Source of the DNA: Luteimonas sp.
GTDB lineage: Bacteria; Pseudomonadota; Gammaproteobacteria; Xanthomonadales; Xanthomonadaceae
Direction: 5' to 3'
Length of the DNA: 64,000 bases
Assembly (NCBI GenBank): GCA_045810015.1
Contig: JBJMWR010000024.1
Span: forward strand, 48,174 to 112,173
Shown: positions 20,786-31,313 of the stretch, in pieces
How the letters are laid out: the number at the start of each line of letters is the position of its first letter
How positions within the stretch are numbered: the stretch's first letter is position 1
Notes under the pieces: model-generated
What the model saw: the letters and a program-made list of their open reading frames with translations, nothing else
What the model was told of the DNA's origin: nothing
The model's database searches: none
Program-made: the position numbers and the translations under genes

Positions 20786-22618
20786 GTGCCGATCCGCCAG
20801 CTCCCCGACATCCTCGTCAACCAGATCGCCGCCGGCGAAGTGGTCGAACGCCCTGCGTCCGTGGTCAAGGAACTCGTCGAGAACGCACTCGATGCCGGCG
20901 CGTTGCGCGTCGACATCGATCTCGAAGAAGGCGGCGTCCGCCTGATCCGCATCCGCGACGACGGCGGCGGCATTCCGCCCGGGGAACTGCCGTTGGCGGT
21001 CCAGCGTCACGCGACCAGCAAGATCGGTTCGCTCGATGATCTGGAAGCCGTCGCCACGCTCGGCTTTCGCGGCGAGGCGCTGCCGTCGATCGCGTCGGTG
21101 AGCCGCTTCTCGCTGATCTCGCGCCGCGAGGACGAAACCCACGGCTCCGCGCTGGAAGTCGAGGGCGGCCGCGTCGGCGACGTCACGCCGCGGTCGCATC
21201 CGCGCGGCACGACGGTCGAAGTGCGCGATCTGTTCTACAACTTGCCCGCGCGCCGCAAGTTCCTGCGCGCCGAACGCACCGAGCTCGGGCACATCGAGGA
21301 ATGGCTGCGCGCGCTGGCACTGGTGCGGCCCGACGTCGAACTGCGCATCAGCCACAACGGCAAGGCGTCGCGGCGTTACAAGGGCGACGAGGATCTGTTC
21401 TCCGGCGCGCGCCTGGTCGAAACCGTGGGCCGCGAATTCGCCGACAACGCGCTGCGCATCGATCACAACGCCGCGGGTCTGCGCCTGCACGGCTGGATCG
21501 CCAAGCCGGCGTACTCGCGCGCGAGCGCGGATCAGCAGTACCTCTATGTCAACGGCCGCGCAATCCGCGATCGCAGCGTGGCGCACGCGGTGAAGCAGGC
21601 ATTCGCGGACGTGATGTATCACGGTCGCCAGCCGGCCTATGTGCTGTTTCTCGAACTCGATCCGACGCGCGTCGACGTCAACGTGCATCCCGCGAAGCAC
21701 GAGGTGCGCTTCCGCGATGCGCGACTGATCCATGATTTCGTCTATCGCACGCTGCACGAGGCCTTGGCCGATACCCGCGCCGGGCAGACGCATCACGCAC
21801 CTGCGGACGCGGCGATGACGGCGTTCGCTGCCATGCCCGCATCCGGTACCGCGTCGATGCCCGACTGGTCGCGGCCGATGCCGCAACCGAATCTCGCGCT
21901 GCGCGTCGATGAAACGCGTGCGGCGTATGCCGGCCTCTACGGTCCGACGCCTGCACAGATCGCATCGGGTGCCGACACCTGGACACCGTCGCCGATGGCG
22001 CCCGACGCCGCGGTCGACGATGCCGGCACGCTGGTGCCGCCGCTCGGCTATGCGGTCGCGCAGCTGCACGGCATCTACATCCTGAGCCAGGCCGCTGACG
22101 GCATGATCGTCGTCGACATGCACGCCGCGCACGAACGCATCGGCTACGAAAAGCTCAAGACCGCACACGACGGCGAAGGCGTGCGCACGCAACCGCTGCT
22201 GGTGCCGCAGACGGTCGCGGTATCGGAGCGCGAAGCCGATGTCGCCGAAGCCGAAGCAGCGACGCTCGCCGACCTCGGCTTCGAGGTCTCGCGCGCCGGC
22301 ATCCAGTCGCTGCTGCTGCGGGGCGTGCCGGCCCTGCTCGCGCAAGGCGACACCGAAGCGCTGCTGCGCGACGTGCTGGCTGATCTGCGTGAGCACGGCG
22401 AGAGCCTGCGCGTGCGTTCGGCGCGCGACGAACTGCTGTCGACGATGGCCTGCCACGGCGCCGTGCGTGCCAACCGGCGATTGACCGTGCCGGAAATGAA
22501 CGCATTGTTGCGGCAGATGGAGGCCACCGAGCGTTCCGGGCAATGCAATCATGGCCGTCCGACGTGGGCGCATTTTCCGCTCGCCGAGATCGACCGCTGG
22601 TTCCTGCGAGGACGCTGA
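20786..22618 (+). CDS. mutL: DNA mismatch repair protein MutL
   Basis: [38 protein letters not shown] is the GHKL ATPase N-terminus, and the C-terminal dimerisation region ends ..CNHGRPT. GTG start. Confidence 0.93.
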   Translation: MPIRQLPDILVNQIAAGEVVERPASVVKELVENALDAGALRVDIDLEEGGVRLIRIRDDGGGIPPGELPLAVQRHATSKIGSLDDLEAVATLGFRGEALPSIASVSRFSLISRREDETHGSALEVEGGRVGDVTPRSHPRGTTVEVRDLFYNLPARRKFLRAERTELGHIEEWLRALALVRPDVELRISHNGKASRRYKGDEDLFSGARLVETVGREFADNALRIDHNAAGLRLHGWIAKPAYSRASADQQYLYVNGRAIRDRSVAHAVKQAFADVMYHGRQPAYVLFLELDPTRVDVNVHPAKHEVRFRDARLIHDFVYRTLHEALADTRAGQTHHAPADAAMTAFAAMPASGTASMPDWSRPMPQPNLALRVDETRAAYAGLYGPTPAQIASGADTWTPSPMAPDAAVDDAGTLVPPLGYAVAQLHGIYILSQAADGMIVVDMHAAHERIGYEKLKTAHDGEGVRTQPLLVPQTVAVSEREADVAEAEAATLADLGFEVSRAGIQSLLLRGVPALLAQGDTEALLRDVLADLREHGESLRVRSARDELLSTMACHGAVRANRRLTVPEMNALLRQMEATERSGQCNHGRPTWAHFPLAEIDRWFLRGR

Positions 22619-22619
22619 C

Positions 22620-23567
22620 ATGCTGCGATGGCGCCACTGCTGCACGATCGGACTGGTGGCGTTGCTGGCCGCCTGCGGCGAGACGTCCGCGCCCGAAGAT
22701 CCGTCCGCGCGCGCGGACGCCGCGCGACTCGACGTGATGTTCTCGGCGCAGACCCGCGTCTGGCAGGACACGCGCCGCGCGGAACTGGTCGCGCCCGATG
22801 GCTGGTTGAGCCTGATCGGCCTGCATCGCATCGAACTGAAATCGCATTTCATCGGCAGCGGGGACACGGCCGGCATCCGCCTGTCGATGGGGCCGGACAA
22901 GCTCGGCCTGCTGCAATCCGACGACGGCGCGTATGCGTTCACGCCCGAGCGCGGCGTCGCGGTGACGCTCGACGGCGGGCCGGTGCGTGGCCGCGTGCCG
23001 CTGCGGACCGACGCCGATGCAGCGCCGAGCGTGCTCGGCTTCGACGATGGCAAGGGCGCGTTGACGATCATCGAACGTGGCGGCTCGGCCTTCGTGCGTG
23101 CGCGTCACGAAGACGCGCCGACGCGACTACGCTTCACCGGCATCGAATACTGGCCGACCGCGCGCGACTGGCAGGTCGATGCGGAATTCGTGCCGGCGGC
23201 GGCCGGTGCGACGCTGCCGATCGCCAACATCCTCGGCATGGTCGAGGACACGCCGACACCGGGATCCGTCGCATTCGAACGCGACGGCACGCGCTACACG
23301 CTGCAGGCGATCGACGGCGGCGACGGCGCGCTGTTCCTGATCTTCGCCGACCGCACCAGCGGCCACGGCAGCTACAGCGCCGGGCGTTATCTCGATGCAC
23401 CGGCGCCGGGCACCGATGGTCGTTTGCAGATCGACTTCAACCGCGCCTACAACCCGCCGTGCGCGTTCACCGCATTCGCGACGTGTCCGCTGCCGCCGGC
23501 CGGTAACCGCCTCGATCTCGCGATTCCCGCGGGCGAGAAGGTCTACGTACCTGCGACCACGGTATGA
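22620..23567 (+). CDS. DUF1684-family lipoprotein
   Basis: Signal peptide with lipobox LLAAC. C-terminal ..GSYSAGRYL...DFNRAYNPPCAF....CPLPP is typical of DUF1684. ATG lies 1 nt after the mutL stop. Confidence 0.75.
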   Translation: MLRWRHCCTIGLVALLAACGETSAPEDPSARADAARLDVMFSAQTRVWQDTRRAELVAPDGWLSLIGLHRIELKSHFIGSGDTAGIRLSMGPDKLGLLQSDDGAYAFTPERGVAVTLDGGPVRGRVPLRTDADAAPSVLGFDDGKGALTIIERGGSAFVRARHEDAPTRLRFTGIEYWPTARDWQVDAEFVPAAAGATLPIANILGMVEDTPTPGSVAFERDGTRYTLQAIDGGDGALFLIFADRTSGHGSYSAGRYLDAPAPGTDGRLQIDFNRAYNPPCAFTAFATCPLPPAGNRLDLAIPAGEKVYVPATTV

Positions 23568-24682
23568 CTCCGACCTCCGAACAGGACCGCTCCCGCATGC
23601 GTCGATCCGCGCCGATCCGTTTACTCCGCTCGTGTGTCGTGCTGGTCTGCCTGCTCGCCGGCGGTGCGAGCCAAGCCGAGCTGCCACCACTGGAAGCGCC
23701 CGCGATCCTGCTGTCGCCGGTCGTCGTGCCGGCCGACGGTCTGCAGGAAACGCCTGCGATCGGCTACGGCGCGCTGGCACCCGCGCCGGTGTCGCTGCTG
23801 TGGCGGGTCAGCGGTGAGCACGGCGCGCTGTATCTGCTGGGCTCGTTCCATTTCCTGACGCCGGCCGACTACCCGTTGTCGGAGGACGTCGCGCGCGTCG
23901 TCTCCGGCGCCGGCGAAGTCGTGTTCGAGCTCGCGCCCGAAGAACTGCATTCGCCGACGCTGGGGCTGCAGATGATGCAGGCAGGACTGCGCAACGACGG
24001 CAGCCAGCTCGACGACGAGATTCCCGCGCAGACCGCCACGCAACTTCGCGCATGGGCCGACGCGAACGCAGCGTCGCTGCAAGGCGCAGGCGGCGCATCG
24101 AACCTGCAGCTGTTCGAGCCCTGGTTCGTCTCGCTGCTGGTGACGACGACTGAACTCGGCCGCTTTGGCCTCGAGGCGAAGCTGGGCATGGACGCGCAAC
24201 TCGCGCGTCAGGCCCAGGCTGCCGGCACGCCGACTGCCGGGCTGGAATCCGCGCAGCAGCAGATCGAACTGCTCGACGGCATGGGTCGCGTCGAGCAGAC
24301 GCAGATGCTGCAGGAAGCGCTGGAGCAAGTGGGCGCAGGTCCTGAATCGATCCAGGCCCTGCACGAGACCTGGCGCGCCGGCAATGCGGAAGCGCTGTGG
24401 CAGGAAATGGGCCTCGACATGCAGGCACGTTTCCCGGCGCTCTACGCGCGCATCAACACCGAGCGCAACGACGCCTGGTTACCCAAGCTCGAACAGATGC
24501 TGCAGCAGCAGGGCGACATCCTCGTCGTCGTCGGCGCACTGCATCTCGTCGGGCCCGACGGTGTCGTCGAGAAGCTCGCGGCGAAGGGTTACGCGGTCGA
24601 GCGCGTGTGTTCGGCCTGCGCGCCGGCTGATGCGACGCTGCCTGCAACACCCGCTCCGGTGCAGCCCGAACCGGGCACCTGA
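23564..24682 (+). CDS. TraB/GumN-family protein (secreted)
   Basis: GALYLLGSFHFLTP.., ..ERN..W.PKL.., ..VVVGALHLVGPDGV are GumN/TraB motifs, with an N-terminal signal peptide. ATGA overlap with the DUF1684 gene (alternative start 23597). Confidence 0.8.
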   Translation: MTPTSEQDRSRMRRSAPIRLLRSCVVLVCLLAGGASQAELPPLEAPAILLSPVVVPADGLQETPAIGYGALAPAPVSLLWRVSGEHGALYLLGSFHFLTPADYPLSEDVARVVSGAGEVVFELAPEELHSPTLGLQMMQAGLRNDGSQLDDEIPAQTATQLRAWADANAASLQGAGGASNLQLFEPWFVSLLVTTTELGRFGLEAKLGMDAQLARQAQAAGTPTAGLESAQQQIELLDGMGRVEQTQMLQEALEQVGAGPESIQALHETWRAGNAEALWQEMGLDMQARFPALYARINTERNDAWLPKLEQMLQQQGDILVVVGALHLVGPDGVVEKLAAKGYAVERVCSACAPADATLPATPAPVQPEPGT

Positions 24683-24694
24683 CGCGCCGGTCGC

Positions 24695-25108
24695 CTAGGC
24701 GGCCGCGACCATCTCGATGCAGTCCACCGGGCACGCCGGCACGCACAGTTCGCAGCCGGTGCAGGCATCGACGAGCACGGTGTGCATCAGTTTCGAACCG
24801 CCGACGATCGCGTCGACCGGGCAGGCCTGGATGCATTTGGTGCAGCCGATGCAGTCGGCCTCGATGACCAGCGCGACCGGCGGCAGTGCGTGGTGCTCGC
24901 CGCGCTCGCGGTCGAACGGCAGCGCGACGGTCTCGAGTGCGCGGGCGAGCGCGCGTGCGCCTGCATCGCCGCCGGGCGGACAGCGATCCACGTCGGCCTC
25001 GCCGCGCGCCATCGCGTCGGCGTAGGGGCGACAGCCGTCGAAACCGCACTGGCCGCATTGGGTCTGCGGCAACAGGCGGTCGAGGCGTTCGACGAGGGAC
25101 GGCGGCAT
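24695..25108 (-). CDS. RnfB-related Fe-S protein (ferredoxin, no membrane anchor)
   Basis: N-terminal [14 protein letters not shown] cluster plus two CxxCxxCxxxCP motifs ([24 protein letters not shown]). Lies 46 nt downstream of metG. Confidence 0.8.
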   Translation of the reverse strand: MPPSLVERLDRLLPQTQCGQCGFDGCRPYADAMARGEADVDRCPPGGDAGARALARALETVALPFDRERGEHHALPPVALVIEADCIGCTKCIQACPVDAIVGGSKLMHTVLVDACTGCELCVPACPVDCIEMVAAA

Positions 25109-25154
25109 GCGTGGCGGTCGGCTGGGCGTGGAGTCGCGGCGATGCCGCGCCGGC

Positions 25155-27227
25155 TCAGCGGACCGGCATGCCCGGCTGCGCGGCGGCATCGGCGTCCAGC
25201 AGCGCGAGCGCGCCGCCGTCGAAGCCGGCCGACAGGATCATGCCTTCGCTGATGCCGAAGCGCATCTTGCGCGGCGCGAGATTGGCGATGAACACCACGT
25301 TGCGACCGACCAGCGTGTCCGGCTCGCCGTAGCTCGCACGGATGCCGGAGAAGATCTGGCGCGTGCCGAGATCGCCGGCGTCGAGTTCGAAGCGCAACAG
25401 CTTGTCCGAGCCTTCGACGAACTCACAGGTGACGACCTTGCCAATGCGCAAATCGAGCTTCGCGAAATCGTTGATAGAGATGTGCGCAGGCGCATCCGCG
25501 TCCGTGGCTTTCGCCGGCGACGCGACAGGTGCTTCGACCGGCTTCTTCACGGCGGCGGGCGCGGCCGGCGCGGCGGCGAGGGTGTCCTTGGAGGCGTCGG
25601 TCATGGCGTCGATCTGCTTGGGGTCGATTCGGGTGAAGAGCGGGGCATAGGGTCGGATGATGTGGCCGAGCAGCGGCGCGTCGAGCGCGGCCCACGTGTC
25701 GGCCGGTGCGGCGAAGAACGCATCGACTTCGCGCGACACGCGCGGCAGCACCGGCCGCAGCGCGGTCGCCAGGACGCGGAACAGGTTCAGGCCCTGTGTG
25801 CAGACGGCCTGCAGTTCGGCGTCGCTGCCATCCTGCTTCGCGATCACCCACGGCTTGCGGTCGTCGATGTAGCGGTTGGCTTCGTCGGCCAGTGCCATCA
25901 CCTGACGCAGCACGCTGGCCGGCTCGTTGCGCGCATAGGATTCGCGGATCGGCGCCAGCGCTTCGACGAAACGCCCGTATGTCTCCGGCTCCGGTAATGC
26001 GTCGGCCAGACGGCCTTCGAAACGCTTGCCGATGAAGCCGGCGCAGCGGCTGGCGAGGTTGACCAGCTTGCCGACGACATCGCTGTTCACGCGCGCAATG
26101 AAGTCGCCGAGGTTGAGGTCGAGATCGTCGACACCGCCGGAGGATTTCGCGGCGAAGTAGTAGCGCAACGCTTCCGGATCGAGCCCCTGGTCGAGATACG
26201 TACGCGCCATGACGAAAGTGCCCCGCGACTTCGACATCTTCGCGCCGTCGACGGTCAGATAACCGTTGACGTGCAGACGCGTCGGCGCGCGCAGACCGGC
26301 GCCATGCAGCATCGCCGGCCAGAACAGGCCATGGAAATTGACGATGTCCTTGCCGATGAAGTGGTGCAGCTCGGCACCGCCTTCGGGCGCAAGCCAAGCG
26401 TCGAAATCCAAACCTTCGCGGGCGCACAGCGCCTTGAAGCTGCTGAGATAGCCGATCGGCGCGTCCAGCCAGACGTAGAAGAACTTGCCCGGATGGCCCG
26501 GAATCTCGAAGCCGAAGTAGGGCGCATCGCGGGAGATATCCCACGCGCGCAGACCACCTTCACCGTCGAGCCATTCGGCCAGCTTCGCCTTGACGCCGGA
26601 CACCGCGACATCGCCCGCCAGCCACTCGCGCAGGAAGGCCTCGAAATGGCCGAGTTCGAAGAAGAAGTGCTCCGACTCGCGCACTTCCGGCGTCGCGCCG
26701 CTGACTACCGAGACCGGATCGATCAGGTCGCTCGGCGAATAGGTGGCGCCGCAGTTTTCGCAGTTGTCGCCGTACTGGTCCGGCGTGCCGCACTTCGGAC
26801 AGATGCCCTTGACGTAGCGGTCCGGCAGGAACATGCCGCGCACCGGATCGAACAGCTGCGCGACATCGCGGCGCGCGATGTGACCGCCCGCATCGAGACG
26901 CGCATAGATCGTCTCGACCATCTTGCGATTGCCCGCCGAATGGGTCGAGTCGTAGTGATCGAAGTCCACGCCGAACGCCGCGAAATCGCGCTCGTGGCCG
27001 ACCTGGATGTCCGCGATGAAGGCTTCAGGCGTCGTGCCCGCCTTCTCGGCCGCCAGCATGATCGGCGTGCCGTGCGTATCGTCCGCGCAGACGAAGCGCG
27101 CGGTATCCCCATCCATGCGCCGCGCCCGCACCCAGATGTCGGCCTGGATGTACCCCACAAGATGGCCGAGGTGCAGCGGCCCGTTGGCATAGGGCAGGGC
27201 GGTGGTGACGAGCAGCGTGCGCGACAT
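25155..27227 (-). CDS. metG: methionine--tRNA ligase (with C-terminal EMAP/tRNA-binding domain)
   Basis: [16 protein letters not shown] (HIGH), GAKMSKSRG (KMSKS), Zn-knuckle CPKCG..CENCG, and C-terminal ..LDLRIGKV... Confidence 0.95.
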   Translation of the reverse strand: MSRTLLVTTALPYANGPLHLGHLVGYIQADIWVRARRMDGDTARFVCADDTHGTPIMLAAEKAGTTPEAFIADIQVGHERDFAAFGVDFDHYDSTHSAGNRKMVETIYARLDAGGHIARRDVAQLFDPVRGMFLPDRYVKGICPKCGTPDQYGDNCENCGATYSPSDLIDPVSVVSGATPEVRESEHFFFELGHFEAFLREWLAGDVAVSGVKAKLAEWLDGEGGLRAWDISRDAPYFGFEIPGHPGKFFYVWLDAPIGYLSSFKALCAREGLDFDAWLAPEGGAELHHFIGKDIVNFHGLFWPAMLHGAGLRAPTRLHVNGYLTVDGAKMSKSRGTFVMARTYLDQGLDPEALRYYFAAKSSGGVDDLDLNLGDFIARVNSDVVGKLVNLASRCAGFIGKRFEGRLADALPEPETYGRFVEALAPIRESYARNEPASVLRQVMALADEANRYIDDRKPWVIAKQDGSDAELQAVCTQGLNLFRVLATALRPVLPRVSREVDAFFAAPADTWAALDAPLLGHIIRPYAPLFTRIDPKQIDAMTDASKDTLAAAPAAPAAVKKPVEAPVASPAKATDADAPAHISINDFAKLDLRIGKVVTCEFVEGSDKLLRFELDAGDLGTRQIFSGIRASYGEPDTLVGRNVVFIANLAPRKMRFGISEGMILSAGFDGGALALLDADAAAQPGMPVR

Positions 27228-27283
27228 GGGGCGGGGCTTGGAAGAGCGGGTGGATGGGGATTATCGCATGGGGGATTCTCTCC

Positions 27284-27316
27284 AAAAAAAGAGCCCGGCC
27301 GAAGCCGGGCTCTTTT
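27284..27316 (-). terminator. intrinsic terminator of the TonB-dependent receptor gene
   Basis: Minus strand reads AAAAGAGCCCGGC-TTCG-GCCGGGCTC followed by TTTTTTT, about 22 nt after the stop at 27338. Confidence 0.85.
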
Positions 27317-27337
27317 CATGCAGCGGTTACAGGTTCA

Positions 27338-30300
27338 TCAGAACTTGTAGGTGGCGCCCAGATACACGAAGCGACCGACGCTGTCGTAGAACGCAGAGCT
27401 GATGTCCGCGCCGAAGTAGTTCGCCGGAGGATCTTTGTCGAACAGGTTGTCGGCGCCGATGTACACCTTGATGCCCGAATCCGGGAAGGTGTAGCCGATC
27501 TGCGCGTTGTGATAGACATACGAACCGTTGCGGATCGGGTTGGCCTGGCCCGGATTGCTCTGGTAGGAGGCCGGCTCCACACGCAGGTTGTGATGCATGT
27601 AGCGCATCGTCCACGACGCGTCCCAATCGTCGCGGTTGTACGCAGCTTCCAGATTCGCGCGGTAACGCGGATCGCTGACGGATGTGACCCACTCCTTGAA
27701 CTCGTTCGGGAAGTCCTGGAACGCCCACTCGCGCGACTGGATCAGGCGGGTGCCGACCAGGCGTGTGACAGCATTGCCGCCTGCCAGGTCGAAACGGTAA
27801 TCCACCTCGAAATCGACGCCGACGCGGCGCGACTTGGCGAGGTTCTCGTTCAACGCGGTCCAGTTGTAAATGCTGTAGCTCGGGAAGGCACGACCCTGCG
27901 GGTCGTTGTAGCCGCCGACCGGCGCACGGAGGATCTGGTCGCAGAAGATATTATTGGTCACGCCGCCGGGCGAATCGACGCAGCGCGTTGCATTGGTCTG
28001 TGCGGTGACTGCGCCGATCGCGTCATGCAACGTAATGCGCCAGTAGTCGATCGAGACACCCAGACCCTTGACGAACTCGGGCTGCCACACCACGCCGAAC
28101 GACACCGTGTCGGCCTCTTCGGGATTGAGGTTCGGATTGCCCCCGCTCACGCCCGGACGGTTGGCGGAGTACTCGTCTTCCCAGTTGGCGGGAACGCCGA
28201 GTGCTGCGCAATTCGCCTGGCGAAGCGCGACATCGGCCGCCGTCGACGGGCGGTTCGGGTTGGTGATGCGGGTGTTGCACGGATCATTGATGACCGCGAA
28301 GTTCTGCGACTGCGGATTGAACAGCTCGCCGATGCCGGGCGCACGCACGGCCTTGGCCGTGGTGCCGCGGAGGCGAAGGGACGGGATGATCTGCCAGTCA
28401 AGACCGACATTCCAGGTCGTCGTCGTACCGATCGTACTGTAGTCCGAGTAGCGGCCAGCCAGGTCAAGCGACAAGCGCTCGATGCCGGGAAGATCAGCCA
28501 GCAGCGGAATCGTGGTTTCCGCAAACACGTCGGTGACGTCGTAGCGGCCGCCTCGGCTGGAGATCGCGTTAAGGAAGGTCAGACCTAGTGCGGACAGTGG
28601 GTCGGTGTTTTCCTGGCTTTCTTCGCGGCGATGCTCGATACCACCTGCAAAACCGACATCGCCGGCGGGCAGTGAGAACAGCGCACTGTTGGCGACGGAG
28701 GCGCTGTAGACCGTTTGCTTGAGCTTCGAGGTGTTCAGCGAATTGGCATTGAACCATGCGGCAGCAGCCGGATTCGCTGCAACGGCGCCGTCTCCGAAGA
28801 TGGAGAACGGCACGCAGCCCTGGACGAGTGCGGCGTTGTAACGCTGACCCGTGTGAACGTTGATGGCGTTCGGGTCGAGCGTGGCACGGCAGACGATGTT
28901 GCCGGTCGCGGGGTCGCGCACTGCATCAAGACCTGCATGCCAGCGCTCGTTGATACGGTTGTTAAGGTTGATGCGAGAGATCGTCGATTCACCGAAGTTG
29001 ACCGAAGTCTCGTAGGTCCAGTCTTCGCCGAGGAAACCCTCGAGGCCCACGACGAGGCGCTTGGTGTCACGATCAATGCGCTCGCCACGACGGCCCGCAT
29101 CGACATTCATGCGGTTGACGTTGAGAACGCGGTACGAGCCCGGCGTCCCCGGCACCGGCGTGTTGAAGTTAACGGTGCTCAAAGCGGCCGGGTTGGCGGC
29201 AATGAATGCTGACAACTGGGGCGAAATGAACGCATTGTCCGGACGCACGCGGATCGACTGGTCGAATGCGGACTGGGCGAAGAAGTGCGACTCGGTCTTG
29301 CTGTATTTCGCCTCGGCGAACACGTTGTGATCGTCGTTCAGCGCAAAGTTGAACATCGCGTTGACGCTGGTGCGATCGAACTCGGGCTCAAGGTCGGCAA
29401 GCGCGTTGAGGTCCGTGAATTCGCAGTCGATACAGGAGTTGGCATTGAGCCAGCCGTTGTAAGTGTTGCGGACAAAGCTGCCGTCAGGCAGGAAGCGGTA
29501 GCGCTGCGTCGGATTGGCCGGGTTGAAGGTGCCGACGTTGAACGTTCCGCCGTAGGACAGCGAATGATTGCCGCCCGGGCCTTCCAGGATCGTCTGCGAA
29601 TTGGCTTCGCTCGAAGGCTGGCTCGGATCGAAATTGGGATTGGGGCGCGAAACCAGATAGCGCCGACCGATTTCCCGGCTCGTGCGGCTGAAGCGGTCCT
29701 GCTCGCTGCGCTCAACCGAGATGGCCGCGTTACCGCGGCCATCGGCGAACTCGCCGCCGGCGGAGACGCTGGCAAACGCGCGACCGAAGCCGCCTTCGCC
29801 CGCTGCACCACGCTGGGCGCGCATCTCGACACCGTCGAACGACTTCTTGGTAATGAAGTTGACAACACCCGCCACAGCGTCGGCGCCGTACACCGCGGAC
29901 GCACCGCCCGTGATGACCTCAACGCGCTCGATCCACTCCACAGGAATGGTGTTGACGTCGACAGCGGTGGAGCCCGGCGTGGCACCTACGTGGCGGCGAC
30001 CGTTGACCAGAACCAGCGTGCGCGACGTACCCATGCCACGCAGGTCCAGCAGACCCAGGCCGGCAGTACCGATGAAGCGGGTCGAGTTGCCGAGCGTATA
30101 GTTCGGGCTCAGAGCCGGCATTTTGGTCATCAGGTCGGCGATGGTCACGGCGCCAGTGGCGCGGATCTCTTCAGCCGAGATCGCTGTGACCGGCGAAGGC
30201 GTGACAAAGCCTTCGCGTGCAATACGCGAACCGGTAACGCTGACCCGATCCATGGTCTGTGCATCGCTCGAAGGGTTCGCATCCTGAGCGTGTACCGCGC

Positions 30301-30367
30301 CTGCGGCTGAAGCGAGGAGCGTGGTCGCAATCGCTACATACAGCGGCGAAATTTTGTTCACAATCAT
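27338..30367 (-). CDS. TonB-dependent outer-membrane receptor (1009 aa, substrate unknown)
   Basis: Signal peptide ..AAGAVHAQD and plug region (DRVSVTGSRI.., ..VEVITGGASAVYGADAVAGVVNFITK). A long beta-barrel ends in the terminal ..YLGATYKF motif. Confidence 0.9.
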   Translation of the reverse strand: MIVNKISPLYVAIATTLLASAAGAVHAQDANPSSDAQTMDRVSVTGSRIAREGFVTPSPVTAISAEEIRATGAVTIADLMTKMPALSPNYTLGNSTRFIGTAGLGLLDLRGMGTSRTLVLVNGRRHVGATPGSTAVDVNTIPVEWIERVEVITGGASAVYGADAVAGVVNFITKKSFDGVEMRAQRGAAGEGGFGRAFASVSAGGEFADGRGNAAISVERSEQDRFSRTSREIGRRYLVSRPNPNFDPSQPSSEANSQTILEGPGGNHSLSYGGTFNVGTFNPANPTQRYRFLPDGSFVRNTYNGWLNANSCIDCEFTDLNALADLEPEFDRTSVNAMFNFALNDDHNVFAEAKYSKTESHFFAQSAFDQSIRVRPDNAFISPQLSAFIAANPAALSTVNFNTPVPGTPGSYRVLNVNRMNVDAGRRGERIDRDTKRLVVGLEGFLGEDWTYETSVNFGESTISRINLNNRINERWHAGLDAVRDPATGNIVCRATLDPNAINVHTGQRYNAALVQGCVPFSIFGDGAVAANPAAAAWFNANSLNTSKLKQTVYSASVANSALFSLPAGDVGFAGGIEHRREESQENTDPLSALGLTFLNAISSRGGRYDVTDVFAETTIPLLADLPGIERLSLDLAGRYSDYSTIGTTTTWNVGLDWQIIPSLRLRGTTAKAVRAPGIGELFNPQSQNFAVINDPCNTRITNPNRPSTAADVALRQANCAALGVPANWEDEYSANRPGVSGGNPNLNPEEADTVSFGVVWQPEFVKGLGVSIDYWRITLHDAIGAVTAQTNATRCVDSPGGVTNNIFCDQILRAPVGGYNDPQGRAFPSYSIYNWTALNENLAKSRRVGVDFEVDYRFDLAGGNAVTRLVGTRLIQSREWAFQDFPNEFKEWVTSVSDPRYRANLEAAYNRDDWDASWTMRYMHHNLRVEPASYQSNPGQANPIRNGSYVYHNAQIGYTFPDSGIKVYIGADNLFDKDPPANYFGADISSAFYDSVGRFVYLGATYKF

Positions 30368-30382
30368 TGAAATCCCCTATTT

Positions 30383-30411
30383 AGAAAACCGCGGGTCACC
30401 CCTGACCCGCG
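30383..30411 (-). terminator. terminator-like hairpin inside the receptor 5' leader (candidate attenuator)
   Basis: Minus strand reads CGCGGGTCA-GGGG-TGACCCGCG-GTTTTCT, then AAAT-AGGGGA-TTTCA-ATG (30367). Confidence 0.5.
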
Positions 30412-30872
30412 TACACCCTGCTTAACGCAGCGTTAACTTATTTGCCATATCTTAGTAACAATTACAAGCTTTCGGGTCGAACTATTTGCAATCTCCGCCA
30501 TTTTATTTTACTGAAGCGGCATCGGAGCTTTGCCGAATTCGCAAATTGATGACGCTACACAGGCGAAGTAGGGGCACCCATTCAAGTGCTGCGGAGGTTG
30601 CTGCGGCGCGGCATCTCCGTTCGCCGGTGCTCTTCTGGCCCGCGAGCAAGATTCGGAAGGGCCTTCCGGCAAAAACAAATGTCTATGGGCCAGGCGTTGG
30701 TCACTGGCGCTCGCACTGCGTTCTGTGAGCCGTTTATATCGCAACGGCAGCTGCTAACAGCTACGAAGATTCCAAGCTCGTCGAACACCCCTGGTGCTCG
30801 TCGAGACCGGGCTCGACCGATCTTACGCTGGGTGAAGCGCCGCGGGAACCTTGGGGCCCGCGGCTAGGCGGC

Positions 30873-31313
30873 TCACTCGCGCTGCCAGATCTGCTCGCGA
30901 CAAATAAATGCAATGCAGCCCGACACACCGATACGATTCGCATCGAGCATCTTGGCCTTGGACTTGTAGGTCTTGCCGTTGGCCGGATCGAGAATCGTGC
31001 CGCCCGACCACTCGCTGCCGTCCGGCTTGAGATCCCAGAGAATCGTCATGCCGGTGATCGGCTGGTTCTGGCGGTTGCCCGTGCACTTGTCGCAGACCGG
31101 GTTCGGCCCGCGATCGGACTGCAGCACCTGGGCCACCCGCCCGCTCAGCGTGCCGTTGGCTGCCTGAGTGATTTCGACGATCGACTTCACCCGGCCGGTC
31201 TCGTCGTCGATGGTCTTCCAGCGACCCACGGGCGACTGCGCGGCAGCGACCATGGACGCGAGCATCAACGGCATGCCCACCAAGGCCATCAACCACATCT
31301 TCCTGTTCAACAT
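30873..31313 (-). CDS. DUF2147-family periplasmic protein
   Basis: Signal peptide, then ..PVGRWKTIDDETG..KSIVEI......L.GRV........C.KC.G....P..GM.I.W......W.GG.ILDP.NGKTY......L.V.G......R...W.R pattern. GGGAGGG SD before ATG 31313. Confidence 0.8.
   Translation of the reverse strand: MLNRKMWLMALVGMPLMLASMVAAAQSPVGRWKTIDDETGRVKSIVEITQAANGTLSGRVAQVLQSDRGPNPVCDKCTGNRQNQPITGMTILWDLKPDGSEWSGGTILDPANGKTYKSKAKMLDANRIGVSGCIAFICREQIWQRE

Noticed and set aside
30586-30867. 93-aa plus-strand ORF containing MGQALVTGARTAF, reminiscent of an SDR Rossmann start (ALVTGA).
   Set aside because: There is no GxxxGxG continuation, no SD and no coding-like composition, and the rest of the translation is basic low complexity. 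At best it is an unrecognisable relic.
30368-30872. Cobalamin, TPP or c-di-GMP riboswitch upstream of the TonB-dependent receptor.
   Set aside because: I could not find the B12 box (GCCACTG context with GGGAA/GGTG elements), the TPP CUGAGA/ACCTGA core or a GEMM core by eye. A known class is therefore not claimed, and the region is reported only as an unclassified candidate.
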